Shown here one piece after another: positions 1 through 11,799 of a DNA stretch of 64,000 nucleotides (the first letter of the stretch is position 1; every line of letters begins with the position of its first letter). The notes under the pieces are model-generated. The model was not told where the DNA came from and searched no databases. It was given only the letters and a program-made list of their open reading frames with translations. The translations under genes were made by a program, and so were the position numbers. The DNA is taken from the NCBI GenBank assembly GCA_051294375.1, contig CM119264.1, forward strand, positions 8,740,764 to 8,804,763. The letters are read 5' to 3'. This DNA comes from Paraspadella gotoi. Lineage: Eukaryota > Animalia > Chaetognatha.

Positions 1-308
1 TTTAAATGGTAATACTGTCTGATCTTGCGCTTGATGAACCTAAAATTTCTCGGCCACGAATTCGAAGATAAGCGAGTTTAAACTTGTATCAAGTAAAAGG
101 CACGAAATCAACGAATTAAAAAGCAATTTAACAAGTTTGAGCAAACAATGTCGGATCTGCCCACGATAATTAGCGGAAATTAATTAATTTATTCAAGTTA
201 ATTATTTAATCCCAAATGTTTGTTTTTAAGTCTTTTCGTCACTGACTAAGATAAAAGCAATGAAGATGATGGCGAAGACGACAATAATGCCGATAATGAT
301 TGACTTAC

Positions 309-464
309 TTGATTGATTGTGTAATGGCGTTCGCGGTGTGCAACGCGGGCATCGCCGTAGGGGCAGGACGACTCAACGTCCGACGGCTGAGATTTTGACA
401 TCCGAGTCCCAAGTTTCCCGATTAATACGAAGAAGAAAGCGAATATCTGGCTTATTTTTAACAT
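309..464 (-). CDS. Putative first coding exon of a secreted or membrane protein; the gene continues left out of the window
   Basis: Acceptor ttttcttcag just upstream of the ATG at 464. Reads MLKISQIFAFFFVLIGKLGTRMSKSQPSDVESSCPYGDARVAHRERHYTINQ, with a signal-peptide-like hydrophobic N-terminus. Ends in phase 0 at a consensus donor CAA|gtaagt (308). Confidence 0.55.
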
Positions 465-840
465 TTGAAACTGAAGAAAAGTCAGAGGCAGTTGCCTCGT
501 TGAGCCTCGACGTCGTTTATTAAACTGTTTTTAAGTGAATTTTAACGTGTTGTTTATTGTGACAAACAATTGAAACTGTTTTTATTCCTCGTCTACATCT
601 GTCTCGAAAGAATTAAACATTTAAAACATCGTTGAATTCTCGATTGTCGTCTACGAGAAAGTCAGCCAAAATAGACAATTTTGATATTAAACCCAGGCAT
701 CTTAAACAGATTGATTAAATAATTAATAGATAAATTGATTGATTGAATAATCAATTTATTAATTAATTGACTGATTAATTAGTTATTGATTATTTAATTG
801 ATTAACTAATGAATTATTTGATTAAATAATACAACTTGAA

Positions 841-1360
841 TTTACATTTAATATAAAAAGAAAAAGAAGCATAATCAGGTTTTTTTTCATTTTTACATTT
901 AATATAAAAAGAAAAAGAAGCATAATCTGGTTTTTTTTCCATATAAACTCATTTCCACTCAGACGATTCCATTGAGACTTTATTTCCTGCTCAATCACAC
1001 ACTTTCCTACCCACATACAAAATCGCCCCATGCACTCATGAGTAGTTGGCATTCAAATAGTGAAATATATTTTTTTGTTTTTTTCTATTTTAACTCATTT
1101 CCACTCGGACGATTCCATCGAAACTTGATTTCCAGCTCAATCACACAATTTCCTAACCAGGTCCCAGACACAAAATTTAATTCCATTCCATCCATCAAAT
1201 CACGAGTAATTGGTGTGTTTTACTAAGGGGGGACGGACTGACAGATACAGACAGACGGACGGACAGACATCATTTCTTTGCATAATTAATCATAATTCGA
1301 TTTTCTGACATATAAGTGAATGCCCGACGAGATTGTAGGGACGGACCGACGGACTGACAA
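841..1360. mobile_element. DINE-1/HINE-like non-autonomous element remnant (Helentron-associated type)
   Basis: Internal tandem duplications (~52 bp at 841/893; a block starting aactcatttccactc at 946 and 1092) are followed by a GACA/GACG microsatellite (gacagacggacggacagacat, 1231-1270). This layout is typical of DINE-1/HINE elements. The family assignment is inference. Confidence 0.4.
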
Positions 1361-1905
1361 AGTGAATTATGTTTTTTTAATTGTTTTTTGAAAATTCATA
1401 CAGATTTACAATCCTTCAAGCAGTCTGAACCTCCAAGTATCTACAAAAATGTGGACACACCCTAATGAAAAGTCAAAGTGTAAGTAAAGAGAGAGATGTT
1501 TCAATAAAAACTATACCACATCCGATGTCCATTTGTATTTTAATCCAAGTAGTTGTACGTGCTGAATTGAAACGAACCAATATAGAAATTATCGCATGTC
1601 AGTACCCGCTGACTTTGGACATCACCTAACAAGATAATGACATAGGCAGCTATCTGCAAGCTTTCAATAAGACTTCTCAACAGTTCTCGTTTTTTATTCA
1701 CGCCAGAGTACCCTGGCTTCGCCTATCAATGAAGTGTATAAAATCTTTCAAAGGAATGTTTTGTTTTTTTAGCTTAAGGCCAAACACAACATCGTTCACA
1801 CTTATTCTTCGCAATCGCCTTCACAGCCGCAGCCCCTGCACTTCACAACTTCACACCCGCCCCTCTCTCACCGACGCCCATTATTTTCTCATTGGATCTC
1901 CAGGT

Positions 1906-2588
1906 TCATTGATCTATCGATATCGCCGCCGACGGCTCCGTCGGCTCCACCTCCGGCGCTGAGAACAATCTCCGGCGTGCGACGCCGGCAACTGCCTCGT
2001 CACTCTTCTCCCCGTCAAATCGCATCGGCGTCGCTGACAACAAAATGGCGCCCTCTTCGTCGCAATCTCGCGGCGTCCACGCAAGAGAGAAGGCGGCGTC
2101 GTTCGATTCTCTTGCAGTCGCGCAAACAATCGCGATTCGAGCGCGGGTCTTGCTCAAACGCCGCGGCGTCTTCTCGTCGGCACTGGAGATCGGAGGCGGA
2201 AAAGCGGCGCCCTCCAATGTCATCCAGGTGGGGGCGGCCGGGTAAGGTAGAGCGCCGGTAGAATCGCCGGGATCCGAGTATTGACTTTGAAGAACGCAGA
2301 GACGAGACGCGCCGGATCGTTGAGGGAGGAAGAAGAAGAGGGGGCGCCGTACGCCGCGCCGACGCAGAGGATTTGACGGCGCCGCGCCAGCATTGAGGAG
2401 TGGCGAAAAACTTTGCGCCGATGAGATGCGAGGGACGCCGACGAATGGAGTCGGAGATTTGGTGATGAGAGTCGGGGAACACGAGATGAAAGGCGAAGGC
2501 GAAGGCGACGGCCGACGGCGACCGGCGACGGCGACCGGCGACGAACGACGACGACGGCGACGGCGACGGCGAAGACGAACCGGCGAAG
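1906..2588 (-). CDS. GC-rich putative terminal coding exon, Ser/Pro/Ala-rich; reading frame ambiguous
   Basis: Acceptor ttctctgtacag at 2590-2589, in a sharp GC/CpG island within AT-rich flanks. One frame is open for 683 nt to the TGA at 1906. A second frame ends ...SSLNDPARLVSAFFKVNTRIPAILPALYLTRPPPPG* at 2220. No domain recognised. Confidence 0.45.
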
Positions 2589-2910
2589 CTGTACAGAGAA
2601 ATTGGTGGGACCAGAATGATGTTTATTGTTTTAAATTCAGCAATTTAATTTAATTTAATTGCATTTTAATTTACAATTTCATTTACAATCATTAAGGATA
2701 AGTCCACTGAACTTCTTCCCAAGCTACAGTAAGCTTTGACTTTTGTAAAATCCAGATCGAAGATCTAAAATAGTACAAGTAGAACTTGATAATTCGTTCA
2801 TATCTCAGGCTTTGTCGAATTATTCACAACAACATTTAAACATATATATTTTTCTAAGTATTTCAAAAGGTATTTCGAAGTTTTCAGAATACGCGGTAAC
2901 CAGTCCTTAC

Positions 2911-2964
2911 CTCTCGCCAGCGCGGACTGTCAAACAATGTCAAAAACGACGCGTCAAATTCCAT
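2911..2964 (-). CDS. Small exon candidate upstream of the 2588 exon
   Basis: Strong donor GAG|gtaagg at 2910. Either an ATG-initiated MEFDASFLTLFDSPRWRE (2964-2911) or a 16-nt microexon after the acceptor ttgtttgacag (2926-2911). Confidence 0.3.
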
Positions 2965-4697
2965 TTTCGAATTTTAAATTTTTGCGCATTAAATTCGCGT
3001 TGAAATTTTATCCGAGACTCGAGACTCAGTTCTGACGTCGAAATGGACTTTGTTAACTAAGAATTTTCTTATCTATTTAATTCCTAAGCAGTTTTTATTC
3101 CTTTTTTTTCGTGAAATGTTTCGGAATTATTCGTTAATCTCTTATTTGCGATGAGAAAAAAATAGATTACGCGACTCATTAATCTTGGCAAGAAAAAAAA
3201 ACAATTTGAACCGATTCAAAGAATTAAGGAAGTTAAAAAAAGTTTGAAGAATACCGACGCAATTAATTAATCATTATCATTGTGGCAATAATTTGTAGTG
3301 GAGAAGAGCACAGACCCGTTCGAAGGAGTTTTATTTTTTTTTCATATCAAAAACGATATTAAGATATTAAGATATTAAGTTTGTTCATGGTAATAGTTTT
3401 AAAAAACATATTTATTTTTATCCATTGCTCGTCAGCTTCCTAACATTAAAAAGCTGTCATCTTTAAAGGTCAGATGAACAATTGAACATTATGTTGCTTT
3501 CAAAAGATCCCAATAAAACTCTAATAATTTACATTGATGCAATTTGATCAAAACATTTCTTCATGTTTGTTCATCTTTTGTTTTTTTCGACGCATTTAAC
3601 CGATGCAAGGACTTTGAAATATATACATTCTTTCTCCAATATATTCAAATAAACTTATTTTTAAGAGTAAAAGATGATATTTTGTTTCAACTGCCGTAAG
3701 AAAATCCCTGTTCTGAACGCACTGCCAGTGTTTGAAAATAAAAACTAAGTCGCAACAAAAGAACATTCCTTGAGAATTGCGTTTCCTAAAGGCATTGCTA
3801 AATCGTACAAGAAAAATTTGACGGGCCTATCTTCGTGGCCTGAATAGCGCATTTAATCTTCCGGTTTCCACGAACTGGTGATTTAAGGATTAAACCCGAC
3901 TCACATGACTTCATCTCACCTATCGAGGGACTGCTTTGCACTTTATCACTTATCACTTTTATTCATAGATCACTTGTAAACTATGACGCCATCAAGCGGG
4001 GCCTTCGCCGACATGAAACGCTTGAAAATCGGTAGCAACCAATTGATATAAAAATTTGGCGATAGCTTTTTTTATAAATAATTAATACTGTAATAATTAA
4101 TACCAAAAGAACTAGGATGGCGGCGGCAAAGATATTTTTAAAATCTCGCTGGTATAGCACATCATGAACTAGAGACAAATAGAAATAGTTTAAACTTTTT
4201 TTAATTCACAAATAAGAATATTTATAGAATGCGTACTAGTCATACTGAACTAAATTATGATGCACAGAAAATGTGAAACGTAATCGTTAAAATTGATATA
4301 ATACAAATACACATACAATACAACACATAAAAGTACAAATCCTACAATAGATACAGTACAACTAGTAAATACAAGTGAAAACATTATAGGCGAAGCTTAA
4401 GGTCAAAATTTGGGTGTCGTCTCACACCGAATGTACAAATAATTTGATCAAGAGTGCCAGTCATCAAGATGCATCATCAAGATGCAAGTCGTGCAGGAAC
4501 GTATGAGAATGCAGTCAGCTGGCGATGCAGCTGGAAATGCGGTGCGCTGGACGCCGCCGAGGCGGAGTCAGTCCGGACCGGGTCAAGTCGGCAGAAAGAC
4601 GACCGACGATCCGCGGTAGATCGTTTCCCTTTTTTGTTCACCCGGGAAAGTTTGTTTTTTTTTTTTTTTTTTTTGTCCTGTGAATTTCGTGACAGCA

Positions 4698-4725
4698 AGA
4701 GAGGAGAGAGAGAGAGAGAGAGAAG

Positions 4726-4786
<61 letters not shown>

Positions 4787-4787
4787 C
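4698..4787. repeat. (GA)n microsatellite
   Basis: Direct reading. A similar tract lies at 6018-6097. Confidence 0.95.
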
Positions 4788-6024
4788 GCAATGCAATCAC
4801 ATGTTTTCATTAATTAATCGTGACGGAAGTCGTTTAGGCTTAGACTTTTACCCGAAAGAATTCGGTAAAAATGATTATTATGAAAATCACTTTAAAATGA
4901 TAACTAAATCAAAATCATAACATAAAGTAATGTATGAAAAATAATAAAACCAATAAAAATATTAAAACTATTTTTAACAAAGGAATAATAGTTATTCGGG
5001 GCGGGGCCTTTGTGAAAAAAAAAAAAACGAAGTTCCTACTTTTTGGGATGCAAATTTTTGTTTATAGAAAATTGGTTTTTAAAAACATTCAAGTCTTTCT
5101 TGGCCAAATGTTCTAAAAAAACTGGAGGCCCACAATCACGAGATTTTTTTTTTGTTTTGTTGTTTTAAATTCATTTTAGATTTAAAAAAATGTTCCATGA
5201 ACAATACTTATTCGGCCCACACGGCGTAATTAAAATAATCGACAAAAAAAAAAAAACTGTTATTTAAAATGATAATTTTTGAAAATTGTGGAAAAAAGAT
5301 GGTTGAGAAAATGATTATAATCGTTAAAAATTTAAAATTACTTTGATCCGAACTGTATGCAAGGGACGGATAAATTAATAAAATCGGATATCCGTTATAA
5401 AACGGTCGAAATGAAAATAAAATTGATGGGAAGAACAGTTGAATATCGAAGCGATGATGCCGTTTTCCAGTCAACCTCGACTTGTTTTTTTTGACTTTTC
5501 AGTTTTTCGTTTGGTTTCAAAATGGAGAATTTTTTTTTAGTTTAACTTAAAAGTTTTTGTTTCGATTTTTTAATTTTTTTTTTTTGTCTGTAAGAAATCA
5601 CATTTTTTCCGGGGAAATATCGATGTGAAGGCTTCTGTGCTCAAAACAGGTAACTTCTTTAAACATTCCATACGTTTAAAATGTTTTAATATAATAATGC
5701 GAACTTTATAAAGAAGTATGGATCTTTCAAAAAGCGCATCATTATTTTTTTTTTGTTTAGGGTCGATGTGCATTGTGAAGAGTTCTGGAAGTCGATCTGA
5801 AAACTAAATTCCGCGCTGAAGGTTTTAAAATTAAGAATTCGGTCGAAAGGTTTCTCTCCGACATTTTTTTCTTAAAATATAATCGTAAAAAGTTTAAATA
5901 TCCAGATTAGGTTTAACGAATTGTACAGACTGTCACTACAGACTCGTGGTAGCAAACCGTGGGAAAAAAAGAACGAAAAAAAAATATTTCGGGTCTCTCT
6001 CCCCTCCACCCGAATGCGAGAGAG

Positions 6025-6099
<75 letters not shown>

Positions 6100-6940
6100 G
6101 AAAACAGCCACCAGTGGGGAGGCGAGGATTTGCATAGCTATGAGCTTCAGATGGAGATCAGAACAATCTTTGAGATTTTGACACACGCCTACTGTCGCCG
6201 AGAATCGAATGTAACACATTCTTTATGTAACATCACAACTGCTAAAGAAATACTTTTCGAATTAGTTNNNNNNNNNNNNNNNNNNNNNNNNNAGTCCAAT
6301 ATCAATAAAAAAAATAAATTTTCATATACAAAAAATCTTATTGCTTTTTTAATGTTGATCTTTAGCCACAAACCGTTCGTCCACATCCTTCAAAATTTAG
6401 GAATCCTCTACAAGCATGTTGATATTGAAGTTCATGAAATTATGGTTAAAATATAAAATTAAAGTCTTTTCTCACATAATGAAGCCATTTTTGAAGAAAT
6501 AATTTAATATTTTTTTTACCATCAGTGTTAAATTTTTTTTGAAAATGCTTTAAAACGGGTATCTTGAAAAGTACATGGTCAATCAAAATGAAATTTAGCA
6601 TACACTGCTAACCCATTACCTTTATTGATTGATGCCATAAAAAAAATTATTGATAACTATTTTGTGCATAATTATTTTTAAAAGAATCTGTACAGGATTT
6701 ATCCTCCAGGATGTGACTACACTATTTTTTAAAAAAAAATGATGCTCAATTACAAGAAGTACCTAATTGTGAATAAAATTTGTTGGGAAATATTTAGGTT
6801 ACCTCCACAACTTCATAGAAAATGCCATCAATGCAGTGCTTGTACATTCTCCAGCAGGTTGTGGATCTGTTGTGGACCCGAGATGGAAAGAGACTTGAAA
6901 TTTTAATATAGTTAACTTTGACATTTTTTCAACTAATAAA

Positions 6941-7148
6941 CTAAGGTGGACGTCAAAATCTCTCATACTTTAGACACAGTGACTTATGATGTGAAAGGTT
7001 GCTAAACTGTCTTTAAGCAAGGGTAGACGTAAGGGTGTTAGACCAATTTGAATGGCGATTCGTGCAAACCTATTTATTTTGACCCTGCCCCATCGTGTTA
7101 GATGTAAATTAGGATCAGAACAACTTTAGATTTTGACACACCCTAAGG
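6941..7148. mobile_element. Small MITE; the same terminal motif recurs elsewhere in the window
   Basis: Imperfect terminal inverted repeats ctaaggtggacgtcaaaatct and agattttgacacaccctaag. Related motifs occur at ~1452-1465, ~6172-6190 and ~11801-11820. Confidence 0.4.
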
Positions 7149-7523
7149 CAACATGCCTCAAATTTTGTGGACGAACTTTACAGCAACAACAATTCGACTG
7201 AAGAGAATCGCAACAGACTTCTCCCTACGGAGGGGCGGGATTGTATGGTGGACTAAAATCCACCAAACGTTCAAATCACGCGGCATATGTGCCGGAGGAC
7301 AAAGTCATTCGCCTCCCCAACCAAATAGGTCCGAGTTCTAGCCCGGTGGCTCGTCCTAGCAAGTTAAGAGGCCGGGGCGCTTAACCCCGCCGTTAACACG
7401 GCTGTTACCGCCTGCAATCCGAAGCTCAGGACTGCTTTTATACTTGACGGTCTTCACTAACACTATCAAATAATTACTGTTCTTCAGTCTTCTTCAAGTT
7501 TATACTAAAGCTTTTAGTCTAGC

Positions 7524-8245
7524 ATGTATAAACTAAAAAGTATGAGTATTATCGTCAAGGTTCCTTGGGAACTTTATCGCCCTCCTGCCAAACGTGGGTC
7601 ATCCATTCACTTGATGAGCAAAGACGAGGTCTTCGGGTCCATCTTCATTCGGCATCTCTCTCAACTGTTCGTTTCTCTATCCCGATTTGACGACCGTTTT
7701 CATGATGCGTTACTATCTGAACAATGCTCGACAGGAGCAGCCGCCTTCCCGGTTCTTAAGCATTCAAAGAAAATAGTTCCGCTTTCATAGTATTTTACGC
7801 CTGCATGTGTCGATCTTGGCCGCCGCTCTGGGTCTCGATCGGATGCATCGATCGAAAGAATTCGACTACTTCGTGCCGGAAAGAAATTCCTGCACTTACT
7901 TTATCAACGTCAGCGCCGGCGTCAAAAACGAAATTCGGGATATTTTGTCGGCGTTATTACATTTATCGTCAATCTTGGAGGCAATGGAAGAAGGCGACAT
8001 TCTCCTCATAACACTTTCGGTAAATTTTTTTTGGGAAAAATCTTTTAACGAGGTGTGGAAGACATGCCGCGAGGCAGTTCACCGTCAGTGCACAAATTCC
8101 GAACTTCGGATCGGGCTTAGTCCGTCACATAGCTGGTTAGACGCCTCGTCGGGCTTCTTGGGGAATCAGCGGGCGCGACCCGAGTCCTTTGTTGGGAGGA
8201 AGGCTCCGGCTACCTCCGCGCCATAGGTGCTGCTGATTCAAGTGA
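7524..8245 (+). pseudogene. Decayed intronless ORF of unknown origin (copy 1)
   Basis: Consecutive ORFs 7524-7790 and 7807-8226 with protein-like composition. The 3' part (8090-8240) resembles 9398-9490. Confidence 0.25.
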
Positions 8246-8439
8246 GGTACATAGCTATTTAAGTGTAATGATAGTGTTAAATTCGATGGTGAGGACCATT
8301 TATTGTGTATAAAATTTTATTTCTTGCGGAAATGAGGTTTTTAATGTATTATAAATTGTTTTAAAATAGCAAAACCATTAAAAGTTAAATGATAAATCAA
8401 ATATATAAAATTATAAAATATTATATGAGCTTTTGAAAC

Positions 8440-8940
8440 TATAAATAAAACTTTATAAATAATTTGGTAATTTTTTTAAATTTTATGTTTTATAAAATGT
8501 TATTACTATATTTTTAATAATTAGAGGTAAATTAGGCTAAAGTTAAAAAAAATAATAAATCAAAATATTTTTTTCATGGATTTGCATTCTTTTGAAAAAA
8601 GTTGGATATAAAAAATTAATTTTTTATATCAACATTATGTCATTAAAATTGGTCAAATTCAGAAAACTATAATTTAAAGCAAAATTGAAAAATTAAACAA
8701 AAATAAGTATTTTAAATTATTTTTAAGCCTACTTAAAAAGAAATTTTTAAAATGGATTAAATACTTCTTATACTAACTTTTGTAAGGAATTCAAAATCCG
8801 GTTTAAAAAATTTTAAAAATTTTTATTTTCTCACTTTGCTATTTTTAATTATATTTTTATAATAAATATAGCTAACAAACTATTATAAAATATATACAAT
8901 TTTAAATAAACTTACCAAAATATTTATATGGGTCCTTATT
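8440..8940. mobile_element. AT-rich fold-back element (decayed MITE)
   Basis: 8440-8560 (tataaataatttggtaattttttt...actatattt...) is an imperfect reverse complement of 8820-8940 (...aaatatagct...cttaccaaaatatttata). Confidence 0.45.
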
Positions 8941-9165
8941 TTTCAATTAATGTAAGTTACAATATCCGCTTTTATAAAATTAAGCAATTGAAGTTTCTTA
9001 TACTTAGCATGTTTGCTCCCATTTAATAGCACCTTATCATGCTGTCGCAAAAATCGCCATTTCCGACAAAGAAGATGAGACTATATCAAATGTTATCATC
9101 ATCGATTCCTACAGACTCTAATTACACTAAAATATGCTATGTACCTCACTTAATTTTGTTATATT

Positions 9166-9500
9166 TTGTTATATTTTCCACGTACTACCCGCGCAAGTGT
9201 GATGGCTATGATGCACGGCGTTGTGCCGCAGAGCACTCTAGGAGGGGCTGCTTATTCGCTGCTCTTCGTCTTCACACATGTGTTCGAGGGCAGGGTGGTG
9301 TTAACATGCCCGGGAAGAGGTGTATTAAACGTGCCAGCCGTTTTCGTGTGGGCTCACCAAGTGGAAGATGCGACGCGAAGCAGTCGCCGTCCGTTGCACA
9401 CAAGTTCCCGAACTTTCGGATCGGACTGTTGTCCGTCCTTTGGGTTTGGGAGGAAGCTCGTGCTACTCGGCGGCATAGGTGCTGCTGATTACTCGACGAG
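9166..9500 (+). pseudogene. Decayed ORF of unknown origin (copy 2)
   Basis: Shares cacaa.ttcc.gaact.tcggatcgg and tgggaggaag...cataggtgctgctgatt with 8090-8240. Confidence 0.25.
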
Positions 9501-11197
9501 TAACGGGAGTATTAAAATACTACAGTGGAGGATCCTGAGTATAATAATAAGAAAGAAAATAAATCGCCAGACGAATTCCTTTAGAAATTGTTTTGTTTTA
9601 CCAATGTAACCAAAGTTTCTCTCTCTAAATAAAAATGAAATTCCACTTTGTAGCAAATTTAGCCATTCGATTTCCATTCGCTTTTCTGATTTCAATAAAT
9701 CGATTCAATCTCATTTTTGTTCGCTTTTCTTCGTCGACGCCCCACTCGACGCTACAAGGTGCAGATTTCAGAATCCACAACTGGTGAGTCGAACGTTTAA
9801 AATGTTTTCTTCAAGTAATTAAAATATTTTCAAAATGATTACAGAAGGTTAGTTTTTAAACTCTGAAAAGAAAGTTCAGAGCAAAGTCCCTGCAAAAAAA
9901 GAGTTTTTAAAATCAATCAAATCAATTTCGAACCTACTGCGATCTCATGTATTTAAACATTTTCAAGTTTTTTACACAATTTTAGAAGATGTTTTTTCAC
10001 ATCATATTTTTGTAATTAACTTGTAATCAGCATTTCCCTTTAAAGTCTATTCTTTTGATTTAGAGATGGTATTCGTTGCATTGGCAATCTTTCTCATCAA
10101 TTTTTTGTTGTTTATAAAATCAAGCACATGTTGGAGCTAGGTGTGTACAATATTTACGAATGAGAAGGCCGATATACAAATGAAATAAAGCCAGAAAAAC
10201 CAAAGCCATCTTAAAAATGTAATGAACTCCATCAGTCTGGCCTTTGAAAAAAAATATATATTCAAGTTACTATTACCATCTCTATTAAATGAATACTTTT
10301 TTTTAAAATTTTTTGTACCAATTCATAACATAATGTAGAACAAATCGAAACAATTTTCTCTTTCCTTTCTCTCTCAACATAGAGTTGAGAGTTGAGAGTT
10401 TGCTAAGTATTTTATGATAATAAACCTCTCCTAATCTCGGTCACGCTGGTTAAGTGTGATGTTACAAATACCCTCAATAACTTTAAGATTCTTTGCTAAC
10501 TCTAGTATGACGCCCGAAACCACAACATCCACATCGGGTGCAACGATATTTAAAAAAATGTCCGCAACTTAACTATGAGCACGACCGTTTGCACACTCTT
10601 TTCAAAACAATCTTAATCTAACTCACCTAAAAAAGGAGTTGGTCTATCCTTTATGCAAAAAATTTTTTGATCAGCTCCCTATGCTTGATTCCTTGGTCAT
10701 CACAGGTTTTTTAAAAAGATGCTTGATATCTTTTTCACCTGATTGGACATTTTTGTCTTTTTTATTTTGGTTGCTCACCAACTGCTATATTCGAAATAAT
10801 ACAAGACCAAGACTCACATCTGGGGTAATTATTTCTTATATTTTATGAATATTGCGTCAATTATTCTCTTTTGTGTTCGCGATGCAATTATTTCTTCCTG
10901 GAGACAGTTATCGATATCGCGAGAGACAAATTCCAGGACGAGTTGTATAATTGCCAAAAGTATTGGTCAATTTTGCAAGATGTAATCAACCTGTGCAAAA
11001 AAAACGCGCCACTTTATATTTCAGACTTTAAAATCCACTCTATAAACTAGAATTTAAAAAAAAAAAAAATTCAAAGATATTACAAGTCTTCATTGCGAAA
11101 AGTATGTAAAAAAAGTTTAGATATTCTTCAATCTAACCCAATCAAGGATAAAAACAGTATCCACTACTACAACGTAAGAGAGGCTGGTTTTTTTACC

Positions 11198-11402
11198 AGG
11201 GCGCCAACACCCGCAGCGGTGTCACCTCGTGGCGACAGCGAGACAGCATGTTTCATTGTAGTCCAGAGCTTTGGATCTTGGCAGTAGGCCCATGCCTACA
11301 GGCGGGTTACCCGGTCCATCCCTTTCTACATGACAACCTCAGGGCTCGAAACCAGGGACGCACATTGGGATGGTGCATTAGTCCACTGAGCCACTGAGGC
11401 GC
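11198..11402 (-). mobile_element. tRNA-derived SINE
   Basis: The minus strand begins gcgcctcagTGGCTCAGTGG (Pol III A box), followed by GGTTTCGAGCCC (B box), a ~140-nt GC-rich body and a short A tail. It does not form a complete cloverleaf. Confidence 0.7.
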
Positions 11403-11799
11403 TGCGAAAGACAGCTTTAAATCCATCTGTGGTGATAGGCAAACCCACCGCAAAATCACAATCCCCTTTATTATTTTTAAAAAAAGAGCCAGTGAAAATT
11501 TTTTAAAAAATTGGAAAAAAGGTAACGTCTATCGCAAAAGCTGAACAAAAAAAAATCTGAATACATTTAAAGACTAATCTTGTTCTTCTCATATCTTTAC
11601 AATACTTAAATAGCATTAAAATAAAAAAAATTAACACTGGACATCCGGAGGGATAGCGGCCTGGATAAAGCTGATTGCCCAATCCTAAATATAACTAAAG
11701 GTTATTAAAACATAATGATGAAAGATAGGTCCACCGTCCATGATTCTGAAGCTTTTACACGATATTCAAATGGGAGTTAAATTGAAATGATCAAATACT

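Noticed and set aside
9900-10760. Integrase-like peptide RFEIDLIDFK on the minus strand
   Set aside because: An isolated motif among many stops, with no supporting DDE context.
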